In this document: one piece after another, positions 62,814-64,000 of the stretch
Position numbering within the stretch: the stretch's first letter is position 1
Layout of the letters: every line of letters starts with the position of its first letter
NCBI GenBank assembly: GCA_963841565.1
Contig: CAWJCY010000006.1
Coordinates: 224,001 to 288,000 of the forward strand
Direction of reading: 5' to 3'
DNA length: 64,000 bases
Source of the DNA: an uncultured Nitrososphaerales archaeon
GTDB taxonomy: Archaea > Thermoproteota > Nitrososphaeria > Nitrososphaerales > Nitrososphaeraceae
Position numbers and translations under genes: made by a program
The notes under the pieces: generated by a model
Database searches by the model: none
Told to the model about the DNA's origin: nothing
Seen by the model: the letters and a program-made list of their open reading frames with translations, nothing else

Positions 62814-64000
62814 TCATTTAAGTACTTTGAACTTTATACCTTGGCTCTTAAGCAGGTCTATGAGACGTCCCTCATGAGCGATATCTTCAACCTCTAGGCT
62901 TAAATAGACGCCTGCTGTTCCTGCAGAAATGTTAGAGCTTAGTCGATCATGTTCAACTTCGACAATATTCACACTCAAGCCCGCAATGCAGTCAACCACA
63001 TTCTTCAATGCCCCTGGTTTGTCTGGCAATTGAATAAATATTTTGAGCATTCTGCCCATATACATTAGACCCTTCGCCACAACCTGTCCCAATAGGTACA
63101 TGTCAACATTTCCACCAGATAAAAGTGCAATTACCCTTTCATTCCTTTTAGCGTAACCGTTGGACACAAGGTATGCTAAGCTCAGCTGCTCCAGCAGGTT
63201 CAACTACTAGTTTCGCTCGTTCCATTAACAGGAACATGGTCTTGACGATGGAGGTATCATCTACTAACACTATATCATCAACTAAGTTAGTAACTATTTC
63301 GTATGTCAACTCCCCCGGTGATTTCACTGAGATGCCGTCTGCTATCGTATAGCCTGAGTTAATGGTCTGCAATTTCCCTTTGGCAATGGATTCCTTCATT
63401 GAAGGAAATGCTTCCGATTCGACTCCAATGATCTTAACGTTGGGTCTCTTTGCCTTTACGGCGATAGCTACTCCCGCTGCCAATCCACCGCCCCCAATGG
63501 GCAAGTAGATCCTATCAAAATCATTCAAATCTTCAAGTAGCTCCAAACCGATTGTTCCTTGTCCGCATACTACCTGGTTATCGTTAAACGCGTGAACGAT
63601 GGCAAGTCTTTGCTCCTTTGCGATACGAACCGTTTCATCCCACGACGCCTCATAATTCTCGCCAGAAAGGATCACCCTTGCTCCATAAGACCGAGTTGCG
63701 GCGACTTTTGCCGGGGAGGCATTCCTGGGCATTACGATAGTACAACGAATATTCTCTTTAGAAGAAGCGTAGGCAAGGCCTTGGGCATGATTCCCTGCTG
63801 AAGCTGCGATTACCCCATTAGATCGCTCCTTGTCTGACAGAGAATTCAACTTTGTAAATGCACCTCTAACCTTAAATGATCCTGTCTTTTGTAAACACTC
63901 CAGCTTGAGGAATATGTCTGTACCTACCATCCTTGAAAACATATCAGATTTGTGTAGTGGAGTTTTTCTTATACTCATGTCCAGCGAAGTTCTAGCTGTG
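62814..64000 (-). CDS. ilvA: Threonine ammonia-lyase with C-terminal ACT domain; +1 frameshift near 63183; N-terminus runs off the window
   Basis: KLECLQKTGSFKVRGA, ASAGNHAQG, PIGGGGL, VVEPAGAA then SLAY..LSGGNVD, LPDKPGAL ACT domain. Confidence 0.93.

Noticed and set aside
1256-63801. Numerous 60-140 aa ORFs overlapping or antisense to well-supported genes
   Set aside because: Shadow frames with no motifs of their own.

Overview
Chromosomal window from an ammonia-oxidising archaeon (Nitrososphaerota, probably a low-GC Nitrososphaeraceae-type lineage). The assignment is inferred from the ADP-forming 4-hydroxybutyrate-CoA ligase, a CdvB/ESCRT-III paralogue, GINS-MCM, archaeal L15e/L2, ArcTGT and the proteasome beta subunit. 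Most of the window is core metabolism and information processing: gatA/gatC/aspS, valS, alaS, leuS, a hybrid riboflavin operon, leuCD, serA-like, purB, glnA, glnK, ilvA and cdc48. I found no rRNA, tRNA, CRISPR array, transposase or integrase. The main points of interest are: (i) five conserved genes broken by +1 insertions that can all be placed directly after GCT, most likely a systematic, possibly modification-linked, sequencing error; (ii) an accessory patch at about 49.9-51.5 kb with palindromes, an iteron-like 21/23-bp array, gene remnants and a well-formed three-way-junction RNA candidate; (iii) QueD fused to a nuclease-like N-terminal domain; (iv) an amidohydrolase inside the riboflavin operon that may supply a missing archaeal step; (v) a stand-alone NurA-HerA pair beside two similarly built wHTH genes. 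All calls come from motif reading and recalled family knowledge; no database searches were run.
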